Position numbers and translations under genes: made by a program. Under the pieces are notes generated by a model. That model saw nothing but the letters and a program-made list of their open reading frames with translations. It did not search any database and was not told the DNA's origin. Below are positions 36,355 to 48,014 of a stretch of 64,000 nucleotides of DNA, piece by piece. The stretch covers positions 25,668,001 to 25,732,000 of the forward strand of contig NC_092346.1 of the NCBI RefSeq assembly GCF_963676685.1. The letters run 5' to 3'. This DNA is from Mytilus edulis (Eukaryota). How positions within the stretch are numbered: position 1 is the first letter of the stretch; every line of letters begins with the position of its first letter.

Positions 36355-39300
36355 TTAGACTTGACTATTTAATTTTCTGTGCATAGTAACTGTTTTATCG
36401 GTAGTCGATTCTTTGATATATTGTATACTAATTGAAGAATCAGTTGCGTATCTTTTCCTCCGTACAATAATGATAAATACTATTCCATTGAGAACACCAC
36501 CCAAATTTGAGAAAGTTGTCACAAAATGGAACAAAGTTTGTGGAACATCCGTTACCCACTGCCATATACCGTACGTTGCCATGGCCCACCACTGTACTAG
36601 GAAAGCAAAAACAAATAAAGACATGGTTTTAGCCGCTCTATGCGAAGCGATCAAAGATTTTCGCGATATTTTAATAGCTTTCGTTTCCCGATAAATACGA
36701 AACCAGCTAATGATGTAAAGAAGTATGTTGGTAATTGTAATGGCAGAAAGTAGAATAGTTGTATATATGAAGTTGGCTATCTGTCCTTTAACACCATCAA
36801 AGAAGCAACTGAAACCAAAAAAAAATAAAAATCATTCATTAAAGGAGTCAATGATTAAAGTACCGTATAGTGGGTTATTTTTATAACAATAAATAAGGTA
36901 TACGACAAATTTTGACGTTTAATATTTTGGCGGATTCAAAACTTTAATCAGTACCTTTGCATTTGCACTTTTAAAATGGAGGAATTTATTTTTTGCGATT
37001 TTGTTCTATCCGCGAAAATAAAAGAAATTTATAATCCGCGAAAATAATACGCTATACGGTAATTTGATACATTTTTTACAATAAGGATTCCGAAGATACC
37101 TTTTTATGCAGTAGGAAGAACATGTTAATTGCGTCGTCTGATATTTCAATTACCGAACGTGACTTACTCCCGATAGTACCTGTTGTGCTGAGTGTGAATT
37201 CGCATTGCTATAAGACGTGTCACGGTACTTTTCTATCCCAAATTCATGTATTTAGTTTTGATGTTATATTTGTTATTCTCATCAGTTTTTGTCAATGTCT
37301 TAACGTTTTTTATACTTACTTATAGTTGATTTCCAGTACAGGATCCCTCAAGGTTCCTCTTCACCAGATTTATGTAAATCAATATTTTTTTTTGTATTTG
37401 TATGTTATGGTAAAGATAATCAATAAGTTCATTTATTAGATTTTAGCAATTTATACGATATTTGGTTTACAGTTTGATTCAGAAGAAACACCTACATAGC
37501 TAGATAATGCAATTAATTATATAATTACTACAACAATTTGATATTAATTAGTATTATAGTTTTCATTGTTATTAATAAATGTTATATCAGTCTTACAAAT
37601 CTAATCTTAAATTCCATCCTAATTCTATCTTATTTTTGGAAAAATCTTTTTAGAAATTCAAATGTGACGTCACGTTGTGCGTTCATGGCTTTGGCTAACT
37701 CGGCTGTGTATTTTTATGTGCTGGTTTATGTTGTTTCATGAAATGTGTCCATTTTTCTTCTGTAATTAGTCACCACTTCGGTTTTATCATGTATATCTAT
37801 TATATAGTCATTTTATAAAATTGACTGTTTGCAAAAGTAGGAATTATTCTAAATAAAAAGTATGTTCTTATCTCAGGCAGAAAGCCCTAGCCGTATTGAT
37901 CACAACTTTTTGAAACTTTTGGTCCTCAGTGCTCTACAACTTTGTACTTGTTTTGGCTTTCGATTTTTTTTCATCTGAGCGTCACTGATTTGTCTTTTGT
38001 GGACGGAACGTACGTCTGGCGTATTAAATTTTAAACCTGGTACCTTTTGTTAGGTATTATTTATGTGTTTCTCTGTCCTATATGTTCTCCAATTTATTTG
38101 TATTGTAGTCCTGTCATGTAATGTTGTCATTTTAATGTTATGTTTAACATTGCCATACAAACGGGAGAATTGGCATGCCACAAAACCAGGTTAAACCCAT
38201 CATGTTTTGCTTGAAATAGCCTGTACCAAGTGTACAAAATGACCATTATTATATTATAGTTCGTTTATGTGTGTGTTACATTTTAATGTTGTGTTCTGTT
38301 GTGTCATAGTTCTCATCTTATATTTTGATGCGTTTCCCTCAGTTTTAGTTTGTAACCCGGATTTATTTATTTTTTTCTCAATAGATTTATGAATTTCGAA
38401 CAGCGGTATTCTACTGTTGCCTTTATTTTATTGCCGCATATCTTTATTTTCTGAATTATTTCGTTATACCTTGAATGATGTTCTAACATCCCCCACTGCA
38501 ACGTTTGTCTCTGAACTACATTTGTACAACTAATGGTATTTGTTTTGGTAATCCAAATTATCACAGACGTTTGTTTCTAGATAAAAATAAGGATATAGGG
38601 TATGATTGCCAATAAGACAACCATCCACCAAATTTCAAATGAATTTTGTATAAAGAATCATAGGCAACCGTACGGCCGTCTAGTTCTTTTAGTCTCCAGC
38701 TTACACAATTCACGAAAGAGGAAATGAAGATTTTTTAAAACCCGTCCTTTGTCCTTGTGTATCAGTACAATAAAAGACTATCAAAACATCTACTTCATAT
38801 TAAAAACCTTGAAATAGAACGACATATGGTGGGATCATTTGAATATTAGACTAACAGCTCATTTGAATTGCTATTACCATTTTCCCCACAATCGAATATT
38901 GCCGATAATATTGTGTTAAGAGCAAGGTAAACTCAACAAGCAGCGTCATTCTTCGCTTTTATATTCCTGGTGTCATATTCAAAATAAACAGGTGTAAATT
39001 CCCATTAATAGTTATCAAAGGTACCAGGGTTATAATTTATCACACCAGACGCGTGTTTCGTCTCCATTAAACAATACCATTTCTACAAGAATTGAAATGA
39101 AAGATATAAATGTCCTGTCTATATTCTCGATAAATCACCCTCATCTAAAATTTCTCTAGGTTTTGTATGGAAATGGATTAACGATATTTTTGACATCGCT
39201 AAAATAACTTCTTAATTACGTTCTTTAATATTAGTATTCAACAGTCTGTATGAGAAGTTTGTTTAGACAACATTTGTTTTGCCATCATCACCTAGTTGAA

Positions 39301-39933
39301 AATGAAAGTAAAGTGTTTATCAAGTATGTCGCCTTGTTTGATGCTTTTTATAGAAAATCTATTACATTTTTGTACTTACAAACTGCCATTTGGACCTAAC
39401 TGTCCTAAGCCAGCTGTTACTGTTAGTCCTAAGGCAGGAGCCCCAAAAATGAATCCAAGAAGTCGATAATCCTTGCATCCAAAGTCAAGTTTCTTCCGAA
39501 AATAAACTAAAACAAAAACATTAATTGCAACGATGCTGACCAATAAATTCTGAGCTGTGACAAATTCCGCAAGCAGAAATCCATAGAAAGCACACAGATG
39601 TTTTGGTGTTGGTAGTTCCTTTGTAAGAACTATATGCAGATGGTCAGAAAAATGGGAAATATTAAAAAGTCCATCACATATGGCAATATAAACGGCAAAT
39701 CGTTCGCATTTTGTCCACTTAAAGAATGTAGATATGTGCTGATGGTAAAACGAATAAGTTATAACAGATATAACACATGTAAAGCTGAAACATATACAAA
39801 TAAGTGCTGGTACATGGATGCTGTAAAAGGTACCATTAGCTAGCCCATATACAGGTAAATCATAACCATCCTTTAGCTCCGTTGTTGTTGCTGTGGTTAC
39901 ACCATTGATTGTACTAGATGAAATGTTCATCAT
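36355..39933 (-). CDS. Seven-transmembrane receptor (cAMP-receptor/GPR157/Git3-like GPCR), paralogue A, 2 exons, 335 aa
   Basis: Exon 1 39933-39380 and exon 2 36808-36355 (phase-2 GT-AG intron, 1008 nt in frame). Seven hydrophobic segments, N-terminal NxS/T sites, Cys at the top of TM3 and in ECL2 (GSFCFFD), AAKTMSLFVFAFLVQWW, SNLGGVLNGIVF. The subfamily call is tentative. Confidence 0.8.
36861..37061. mobile_element. Tc1/pogo-type MITE in the GPCR-A intron
   Basis: TACCGTATAG...CTATACGGTA termini with TA ends; internal tccgcgaaaata repeats. Confidence 0.7.
37650..38055 (+). mobile_element. Diverged retrozyme subfamily copy with a degenerate hammerhead (37980-38021)
   Basis: Colinear with 3917-4160 (ttttggtcctca.tgctct.caact...gagcgtcactgat...gtctggcgta...cctggta); core mutated to CTGATTT and GGAA. 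Confidence 0.7.
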
Positions 39934-42150
39934 AGATATTTATTTTATCTTCTACTTAAAAATATTTAAACAACATCAGCTACTTGCTGTGAAACTATAA
40001 TGAATATGCTTTTGTAATTTTTTTTCTAGATCACTTCTAGACAGGTTGACGACTTCTTGACGTTGTTCCTGGTTTATTGATGACATTTATGTGATTGTTC
40101 TTTTGTTCAGTTTCTACCACTTTAATGTTGTCCTTTTAAATATTAAGTAACTATTATAAATTCTTTTGAACTAAATCATTTGTAGGTGTTTTGAAAAACT
40201 AAATTTATGCAAAAAACGGACGATATCTGTAATCTGTAACTTTATGACATGCTGAAATTTTACCTAAAACCATCATATGACCTTCAATAACTTTTTGTAA
40301 ATTATCGTTTAAAGAAGAAATATTTTAAATACGGAAATTTTACATTACATTTTAAATAAAAATTTACTTTCTGATGAAATCGTTTGAAAGAATGTATGAT
40401 TTATAGTATGACGTGCTTATTATATTTGATACAGCTATGATTTTCAATCTTAAGTATTCAGTTTCATACTTTACTATATTAGACCTCAGCCATTTTCCTG
40501 TTCTGAACCTCTTTATTTAGCCTTTGTGACACTTTGACAATATATGAGAGTATGCAGAGGAAGTGATGGAAATTAATAACACACATATCAAAATATAACC
40601 TTTATCATTAAAACATATTTAATAAACGTTAAATAGTATAAATCGATTACATAATTTTCTATATATTTAATAGTACATTACTAGACGAGTAACATTTTTC
40701 AAAAAGACGCCTAGTTTACGACTTTAATGCACCCACCTAACAAACGGCTATAGTATGTATCATTCGAAAGCTTATTACCTGTACTTTCTGTTTTGCAAGG
40801 TCGTTATTAGTCGTATGTTGCAATTTTCAAGGTCAAAGGTTAAAATTGAACAATTTTGTCTGGTAAATTTTACCAGAATTAAGCAAAATGCCATTTTCTG
40901 TTACTTGTATGGATTTTTTTTTCTAAAAATGATCTAGACCTTATAAAACAAATCACCACAATTCCAAATCAAATGCAAACTTAGTGTTGATTGAGCTCTA
41001 TTCACAGAAAATTGCAATTCTTAAATAAACTTCCAAAAAACATAAAATTGCAAAAAAATCTAAATATTTTTTGAAGTTTGAATATTTGTATGTCAAAAAT
41101 AGAATATATGTATCGTTTATAGGCCGAGGGATTTTTTTCATCATTTTAAAACGGCAACTTATATGATATAGGTCAAAATGCAGCCTTCTAATGAAGCGTT
41201 TGCAGTTGCCCTAAAATACACCATCTGCAAATATTGATCATTTTGCTTTTTTGGCTAGATATTATTGCCAATATCGGCAGATAATGATCATCCATATTTG
41301 AACAAAAAGGTAATGGATGAACTTTAATGAACAAAAAAAGTATATTTAGTAAAAAAATGTTTTCCGATGTTGAAAGACATGAATCGAAGTTAATTTTCGT
41401 TCAATGTTCGAATGAACACTATTTGTACCATTCCCTTTTCAATATCAAATCCGGCGAATTCCTTTTAATATTACACCATTATCATATACTTTATCAGTCG
41501 ATTTATTAAATATGTCTGAAACTTAATAATTCAAATTAATTAAGATTTAAAACCCTTGCTGAGCAACTGTTATCACCATACTGGTTTATGTAGTGTTCGC
41601 AAATATCGGTAGAGTATTGTAAGAAGTTTTGTTTGTCTGTACTAATTTGTCTTTGTCATGCTGTCATTTGTTTTTCTTTGACGATGGTTTAAGACTGCCT
41701 CCTTGTTATTTCATTTCTTCTTTCAAACAAAGAAAAGAAAACCATAAGGTTCAAAGTTCAAAAACAACAGATCTAAAAATATACAAATTAAGTGAGAAAA
41801 TCACTAAAAGTCGCTGTCAGATTAACAAATGAGGGCTCAATACATAATAAATATCCACAAACATAATTTAATTTTAAATGACATAAAACCAATTAAAAAA
41901 CTAGATAAATAAAGGCAACAGTAGTATACCGCTGTTCAAAAGTTATAACTCGATTTAAAGAAAACGAATCCGGGTTACAGACTAATACCGAGGGAAACAC
42001 GACAATTATAAGAGGATTACAACGAAACAAAAGAAACACCGAAGTCGTCAAAAGAAACAAACGACAATGCAATATAAATAGAAACGAACTATTAGATATC
42101 AACTGCCAAGGGATAAATTCAACCACAATTTTCATTTTTCCCAATTATAT

Positions 42151-42340
42151 ATGCTAATTTTTATTAAAAATGATTTTTTGGCAAACTAGGCGGTACTATG
42201 GAAAGCGGCATAACTCTTTGTTCTTTTTTGGTAGAAACGCAAACACCAAGTTATTCCTTCCCCTGATCATGTTATATGATCTCAGAAGGCGCTTCAGTTG
42301 CAGTTAGAAGTGGCAGGAAAATTTTGGAACTAAAAATTAT
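42151..42340 (+). repeat. Split direct repeat A1 (identical to A2 at 48024-48213)
   Basis: 190-nt copies with no mismatch found by eye. Confidence 0.95.
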
Positions 42341-42701
42341 TATTACATTCTGCGTAATTTGTGTTTTAAATAATATGATTATATTGTGACTTGAGAAGAA
42401 AAAGGATTATATTCTGTAGATAATTAGGTAACTTTAATATGTTATCTGACATTGGAATTTATAGGTCCGTAATTTGTCGTAATTTGCATCTACCTGCTTG
42501 AGAGTTTTAGAGTTTAAAGAATATGGTAGTCTAATTTTATTGAAAGGTTTTTCTTGTATTACTTTTCACGGAACGGTTCCTATACAAGTACAAGAAAAAG
42601 TATCAAGAGAATATTGTATTAGATCCAGTGAGTGATTTTGGTCAGCTGAAGCGCCAGAAAATAAAATTATAGTTTAATTAGAGAGACAGTATAATTTTAC
42701 G

Positions 42702-43298
42702 ATGAAAATTGTCGTAATTGGTAGTTCACACGTTCGTAGATTGGGAACTTTTATTTATAATAGACTTGCATTACATAATTTCAACTTGATGAACTGTGAG
42801 GTAAAATGTCTTGGGATCGGCGGCGGAAAAGTTTCAAATTCAGATCATGTGCAAACTATTTTGTCGTTCATAGAGAAAAATCGTCCCGAACATGTAATTG
42901 TTCACATTGGTGGTAACGATTTGGATATATTAGGAGCCTCTGAAGATACGGTAGAGGAATTGGGGTTACGGCTGATTTTATTATCCCAAACATTGACAAC
43001 TCGATTTGAGATTAAGTCAGTAACAATATGCCAACTTCTACCAAGAGAATCGACACGAGTCATTGCATCAAATGTGTATAATGATTTAGTTATTAAGACT
43101 AACAGATTTTTGAAAGCACAAATAAAGGGCCAACCACATTGTCGTTACTGGAAAATAACAGGAGTGAAAAATTCGGATCGCAATAACTATGTTGATGGTG
43201 TTCACTTTAACTATGATGTTCGGCATGCCAAAATATTTTCGAAATATAAGAGGGTCAATTATTCAAGCTATGAAATGAAGAAAGTTAACAGCAGTTAA
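42702..43298 (+). CDS. SGNH/GDSL hydrolase-family ORF of the element, frameshifted near the C terminus
   Basis: Block I GSSH, block II GIGGG, block III HIGGNDL, block V DGVHFN. A shifted frame after ~43220 reads GMPKYFRNIRGSIIQAMK* (stop 43276-43278), the expected terminal helix. Confidence 0.8.
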   Translation: MKIVVIGSSHVRRLGTFIYNRLALHNFNLMNCEVKCLGIGGGKVSNSDHVQTILSFIEKNRPEHVIVHIGGNDLDILGASEDTVEELGLRLILLSQTLTTRFEIKSVTICQLLPRESTRVIASNVYNDLVIKTNRFLKAQIKGQPHCRYWKITGVKNSDRNNYVDGVHFNYDVRHAKIFSKYKRVNYSSYEMKKVNSS

Positions 43299-44077
43299 GT
43301 ATTGGACAGGTTTTTATTTATTTATTTATTTGTTAAAAGCTATATTAAGTTCAAGGGAAATTCCCCATAAACATGCTTGTACAGAACAATGCGATTTAAT
43401 GTTCAATTTCTTTCAAAACTGGAGGTATAATTTGGGTATTATGTGCCAAGAATAGTTTTATGCAACTATGGTATATTTATACCAGGATGATTTGTTTCAA
43501 TAATAATTATATTAAAATTAGGGTTTTAACCGGAGTGTCATATCATTATAACAGTTTTTATGATAACAACACGTTATATTCCTTGGATACTTTCTCGCGT
43601 GGTTGTATCGTATCGGGACCACACATAGGAGCAGAAGATAAATAAACAAACTCATAAACTATACGGCTTGTAATTAAAGTCATGATAGTAACAACACAGC
43701 TGCATCATCCATAAATTTTAACGGTCATCCAGACAGTCTGCTAAGGTTCATAAAAACAATTAAGATAAAATTATTTAACAACCTTATCCCTAACAAATTA
43801 AAACACAGCTGCATATTACATCAATTTTAACGGTCATTCAGACAGTCTGATAGAGTTCATGAAAACAACTAAGAGAAATTATTTATTTAACAATCCTTAT
43901 CATAGCAAATTAGGTGGGCAATTAAATACGGGCAACAGAACTGCGTATATTTACAGAGCTTAAATCTTCTTCTTGCGTTTTGTTATAAGTGTAACATTAT
44001 ACATGTAGACTTTTTCACCAAGAATCATTGTAATTAGAATTCACATATTTATTAGTGAATAGTGCATATGACACATA

Positions 44078-44990
44078 TATAGAATATCATTAATTCTTTA
44101 TTTTATTTTTTTCTAAATTTTGTACTTGGATACATTGTGTACTTTAAACAGGTGTTATGGCACCTACATGAATTTATAAGGCTCTTTTGATGAGCCACTG
44201 AGATAAATAGTGTACTTGGATACATTTATGTACTTAACACAAGCGCATATGAATCTATGAGGCTCTAGTACATATGCATGATATGGTGCTTTGATGAGCA
44301 ATGCCCATATGGCATTTATATAGTTTCATTGTGCTTGAGTACATATTTGTATGCATGATGGGTGCCTATAACATTTAGATGAATTCTATGAGGCTCTTGT
44401 ACCCATATGGTGCGTTGAGGAGCATGCCCATATGGCATATAGATAGATTTGTTGTGTTTGAGTACTTATTGTATCTAGTTTGAGTGTATATAGCATTTAG
44501 ATGAATCTCGTACAAATGGTGCTTTATATGTATAGAATATGATTTATATTTTATTTTATTTTTTCCTAAATTTTGTACTTGGATACATTGTGTACTTTAA
44601 ACAGGTGTTATGGCACCTACATGAATTTATAAGGCTCTTTTGATGAGCCACTGAGATAAATAGTGTACTTGGATACATTTATGTACTTAACACAGGCGCA
44701 TCTGAATCTATGAGGCTCTAGTACATATGCATGATATGGTGCTTTGATGAGCAATGCCCATATGGCATTTATATAGTTTTATTGTGCTTGAGTACATATT
44801 TGTATGCATGATGGGTGCATATAACATTTAGATGAATTCTATGAGGCTCTAGTACCCATATGGTGCGTTGAGGAGCATGCCCATATGGCATATAGATAGA
44901 TTTGTTGTGTTTGAGTACTCTTTGTATCTATTTTGGAGTGCAAATAGCTTTTAGATGAATTTGTGACGCTCTAGTAAAAATGGTGCTTGA
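44078..44990. repeat. 453-bp tandem duplication built from ~115-bp subrepeats inside the element (plus a ~108-bp duplication at 43692-43910)
   Basis: tgtacttggatacattgtg at 44121 and 44574; recurrent gaat.ctatgaggctct.gtac...gcccatatggcat subunits. Confidence 0.85.
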
Positions 44991-45230
44991 TGGGCAGTGC
45001 TTAGGGTACTTAGGTCAATTCTGTTGTGGTTAATAAAATATAATATTAAGAATCGGTGCACACGGCACTTAAATGAATTTAAGGGTATAGAGTATATATG
45101 GTATAAAAGAGAAGTGCAGATGGTATAAATATGTTCAAAATGTTCTTATGGCACTTATTTTGATATGGTAGTTCTATATCATGCATTCAATATATCTTGT
45201 GTTCTTTTTCCAGCAACCGTTTTATCAGAA

Positions 45231-46504
45231 ATGCCATCCAAAGAACAAAAAAGAAGTAATCGTAAACGGAAAAGCACACAGAGGCTTGGAGAAGTTATTG
45301 AAATCCTAGGAAGTTCAAATTTGGGACTGGGTGTATCTATAGACAATTCTGTACCAAGCTCTTCAAATCCAAATATTAATTCCGGCCAGTTGTCAGCTGA
45401 TAATCCACCTGTACAGTCCAATCCAATTGATCCAAATACGTATACTGATGACCAAATTCTGAGAATATTGACGGTCCCAACTCCAATTATCACCCAAACA
45501 ATAGTTACAATCAAAAACACTGGTGTTATTCAAGACAGGAATGTAAACTCACCAGATCCAACTTTGATACCAACACACCAAGGTGTTAATTCCATGTGTC
45601 CACCAAGGCAAGATACCACTACATGTAATACAACAGAGATGACGACACCATCCAGTCCCACTCAACAAATATTATTGATAAACAATCATCTGAGAGCAGT
45701 CATCCGTCCTGCTCAAATGTGTTTAGCAGAAGCGGTCAACAGTGTTTCATGCCAACTGAAGGATCTCCGAGTCAACAGGTGGTGAACAATCTTCTACAGG
45801 GCACTCCAAACACAGGTACATGTTCAAATGAGTTAGGAGGCCAGGGTTTATCACGCCCACTGGCTTTGGTGTGGACCCAAAACTGAAAGCTGATTTTTGT
45901 TTTAACAAATACATTAATCTGGAGGATCTTGAAATCCAAATCCAGAGTTGTAAAGTATGTTCCAATAGAGAAAGATGATTGTTTAACATTTGTTAAAAAT
46001 AGTAGTAGTAAGGCAAAAATTGAGTCAATGGCACAGTGGCATGAAGCTTTTCGCATTTATGGGGCAATTTATTTTGAAAAATACCCTACTGAATCCCCGA
46101 AGCTGATGAAATATGCGACTATCATTGCAAACTTGGCAGAAAAAGCTGGAATTGAGGCTGCATATTTTTATGATCAAGCATATAGGCAGTGGAGGGAAGT
46201 AGACCCTTTGCACTTACCATGGAATGGTGTAAATGGGGAATTATTCAATGAGGCGTTAGCTATGGGGCTTATTGGGAAAACTAATGCCATGAAACAGCCT
46301 TTTCTTACACAAAGCCTCACGGCTCCAGCCCTTAAACAGAAAAGGTTTTGTTATGCTTTCAACAATGAATCAGGCTGCACGGCAAGAATTTGTAGATACG
46401 AGCACACCTGCCAGGTTTGCGTTGGAGACCATAGTAGGAGGGATTGCCAACAATCCAAACACGAGAACGCCGATTCTAACTCCACCAATAGAAGGGGGTC
46501 CTGA
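45231..46504 (+). pseudogene. Frameshifted gag-like ORF of a DIRS/Ngaro-type element with C-terminal Cys/His zinc finger
   Basis: Basic then low-complexity N terminus (MPSKEQKRSNRKRKS...). C-terminal part WHEAFRIYGAIY..KYP.E..KLMKY..II..LA...G..AAYFYDQAYR...LPW, then CYAFNNESGCTARICRYEHTCQVCVGDHSRRDC. The frame is broken between ~45700 and ~45930. Confidence 0.8.
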
Positions 46505-47799
46505 TACCAGTCCTTAACATCTGAATCTGTTTTATGTGTTTTGATGTTGTATCATGGGGATATGGACCTCTGATACGACACAATGCGGTTCTTTTCATGA
46601 AATACGTTGAAGGGTTCCTTGTTCTTGCCACTGTGCCATAAACGGGTAATCATGTTTAGATCTAGAAGTGTATTTTCATTACATGTATAAGAGGGCCTTT
46701 TATAGCTGACTATGCGGTATGGGCTTTGCTCATTGTTAAAGCCAATCTACCACATCTTCTTTTTTATATATAAGAGTGTAATAACTTTGTTGACAGTATA
46801 GTTGATATTCAGTTTTAATTGTATCTATGTTGGTAACTGTGATTACGAAATATAATGGGGACATGGGCCTCTTTATTTTCAATCCTTTTTACAGACACGG
46901 TAATATTTTGTATAGTGTATATGATTATTGTTTTGTTTATGTTTTTGTTGTTTTCGTTTTTGTATTTTCCTTTTTGTGTTTGTTTTTTTTTTTTATTTTT
47001 TGGATTTGTTTTATTTTGTTCTTTGTATAATTAAGTTGAGATATTTATCAGAAATACAATCGTTTGCTACCATTATTTTCAAGGATAATTTAACACATAA
47101 TAAAATGAAGTATTTAGGTTTGCAATCATGGTCATACAATTTTATGCCATATTTTCCAATTTCTCAGAGAAATTATAAAACTAACAGTAAGGAATCACCC
47201 CCTTCTGTCATTGCAGCTGACGATGGGGTGAACTCTGGTCGACCTGTGGTCATAAAATTTTAAGGAATCTCGTAAAGATGTTGATTAAATTTACGCACTG
47301 TAATAAACTATGCGGGTAATGATGTTATCTTTCAAGAAGTTAAACTAAGCAGTCAAAAATGTTTATCACAGATTAAAAAGATTTTTAACTGGATCAAAAT
47401 AAAAAAAAAAAAAAAAAAAAAAATAAAAAAAAAAATAAAAAATAAAAAATAGATATACGAATAATAATAAAATTAAGTAAGATAAAATAAGATTAGAATT
47501 TTCAATGTAAATATATGTATAAATTTGGCTTTGGTTGCCATGGGGACAGGGGCCTCCGGCAGCCATTATCATTTTTTTTTTTAGAATCTGTTAATACATT
47601 ATAATCATGGGATAGTTATCGTTTAGTTTATAGAATGAATACTCTTAGATAGAAGTAGCTTTATTCAGATTTGTGATTTCATTTTTGATATTTTTTGTTT
47701 TTCCTATTTTTGGTAGTTTAGGATTTTATTTTTAGAATTTTTATCACTGGCTTGGATGGGGGATATTGTTACAAGGAAGGATTTGGGTAACAATATTGT

Positions 47800-48014
47800 G
47801 GCGAATGTAACCCCATCTTTGATGGGATGGGTCAATAAGGTTTTGTCATTATAACCATATAATATGTTGTTTATAAATAAGATTTATTGATTTCATTATA
47901 CATGTTTTTCATTGTGTTGCTTCTTCGTCATTTTAATAATAAATGACAGTTTTCAATTCTTAAATATTTGTTTGTTTGTCATTCTTTCATCCCATCAAAC
48001 AGAGCAAGCCTGTG
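47800..48014 (+). repeat. Split direct repeat B1 (identical to B2 at 48381-48595)
   Basis: 215-nt copies with no mismatch found by eye. Confidence 0.95.

Noticed and set aside
36413-36694. Plus-strand ORF conserved with 53997-54311
   Set aside because: The similarity only reflects the antisense of the duplicated GPCR exon 2.
46827-47572. Phe-rich ORFs as membrane proteins
   Set aside because: Products of T-rich and A-rich low-complexity sequence.
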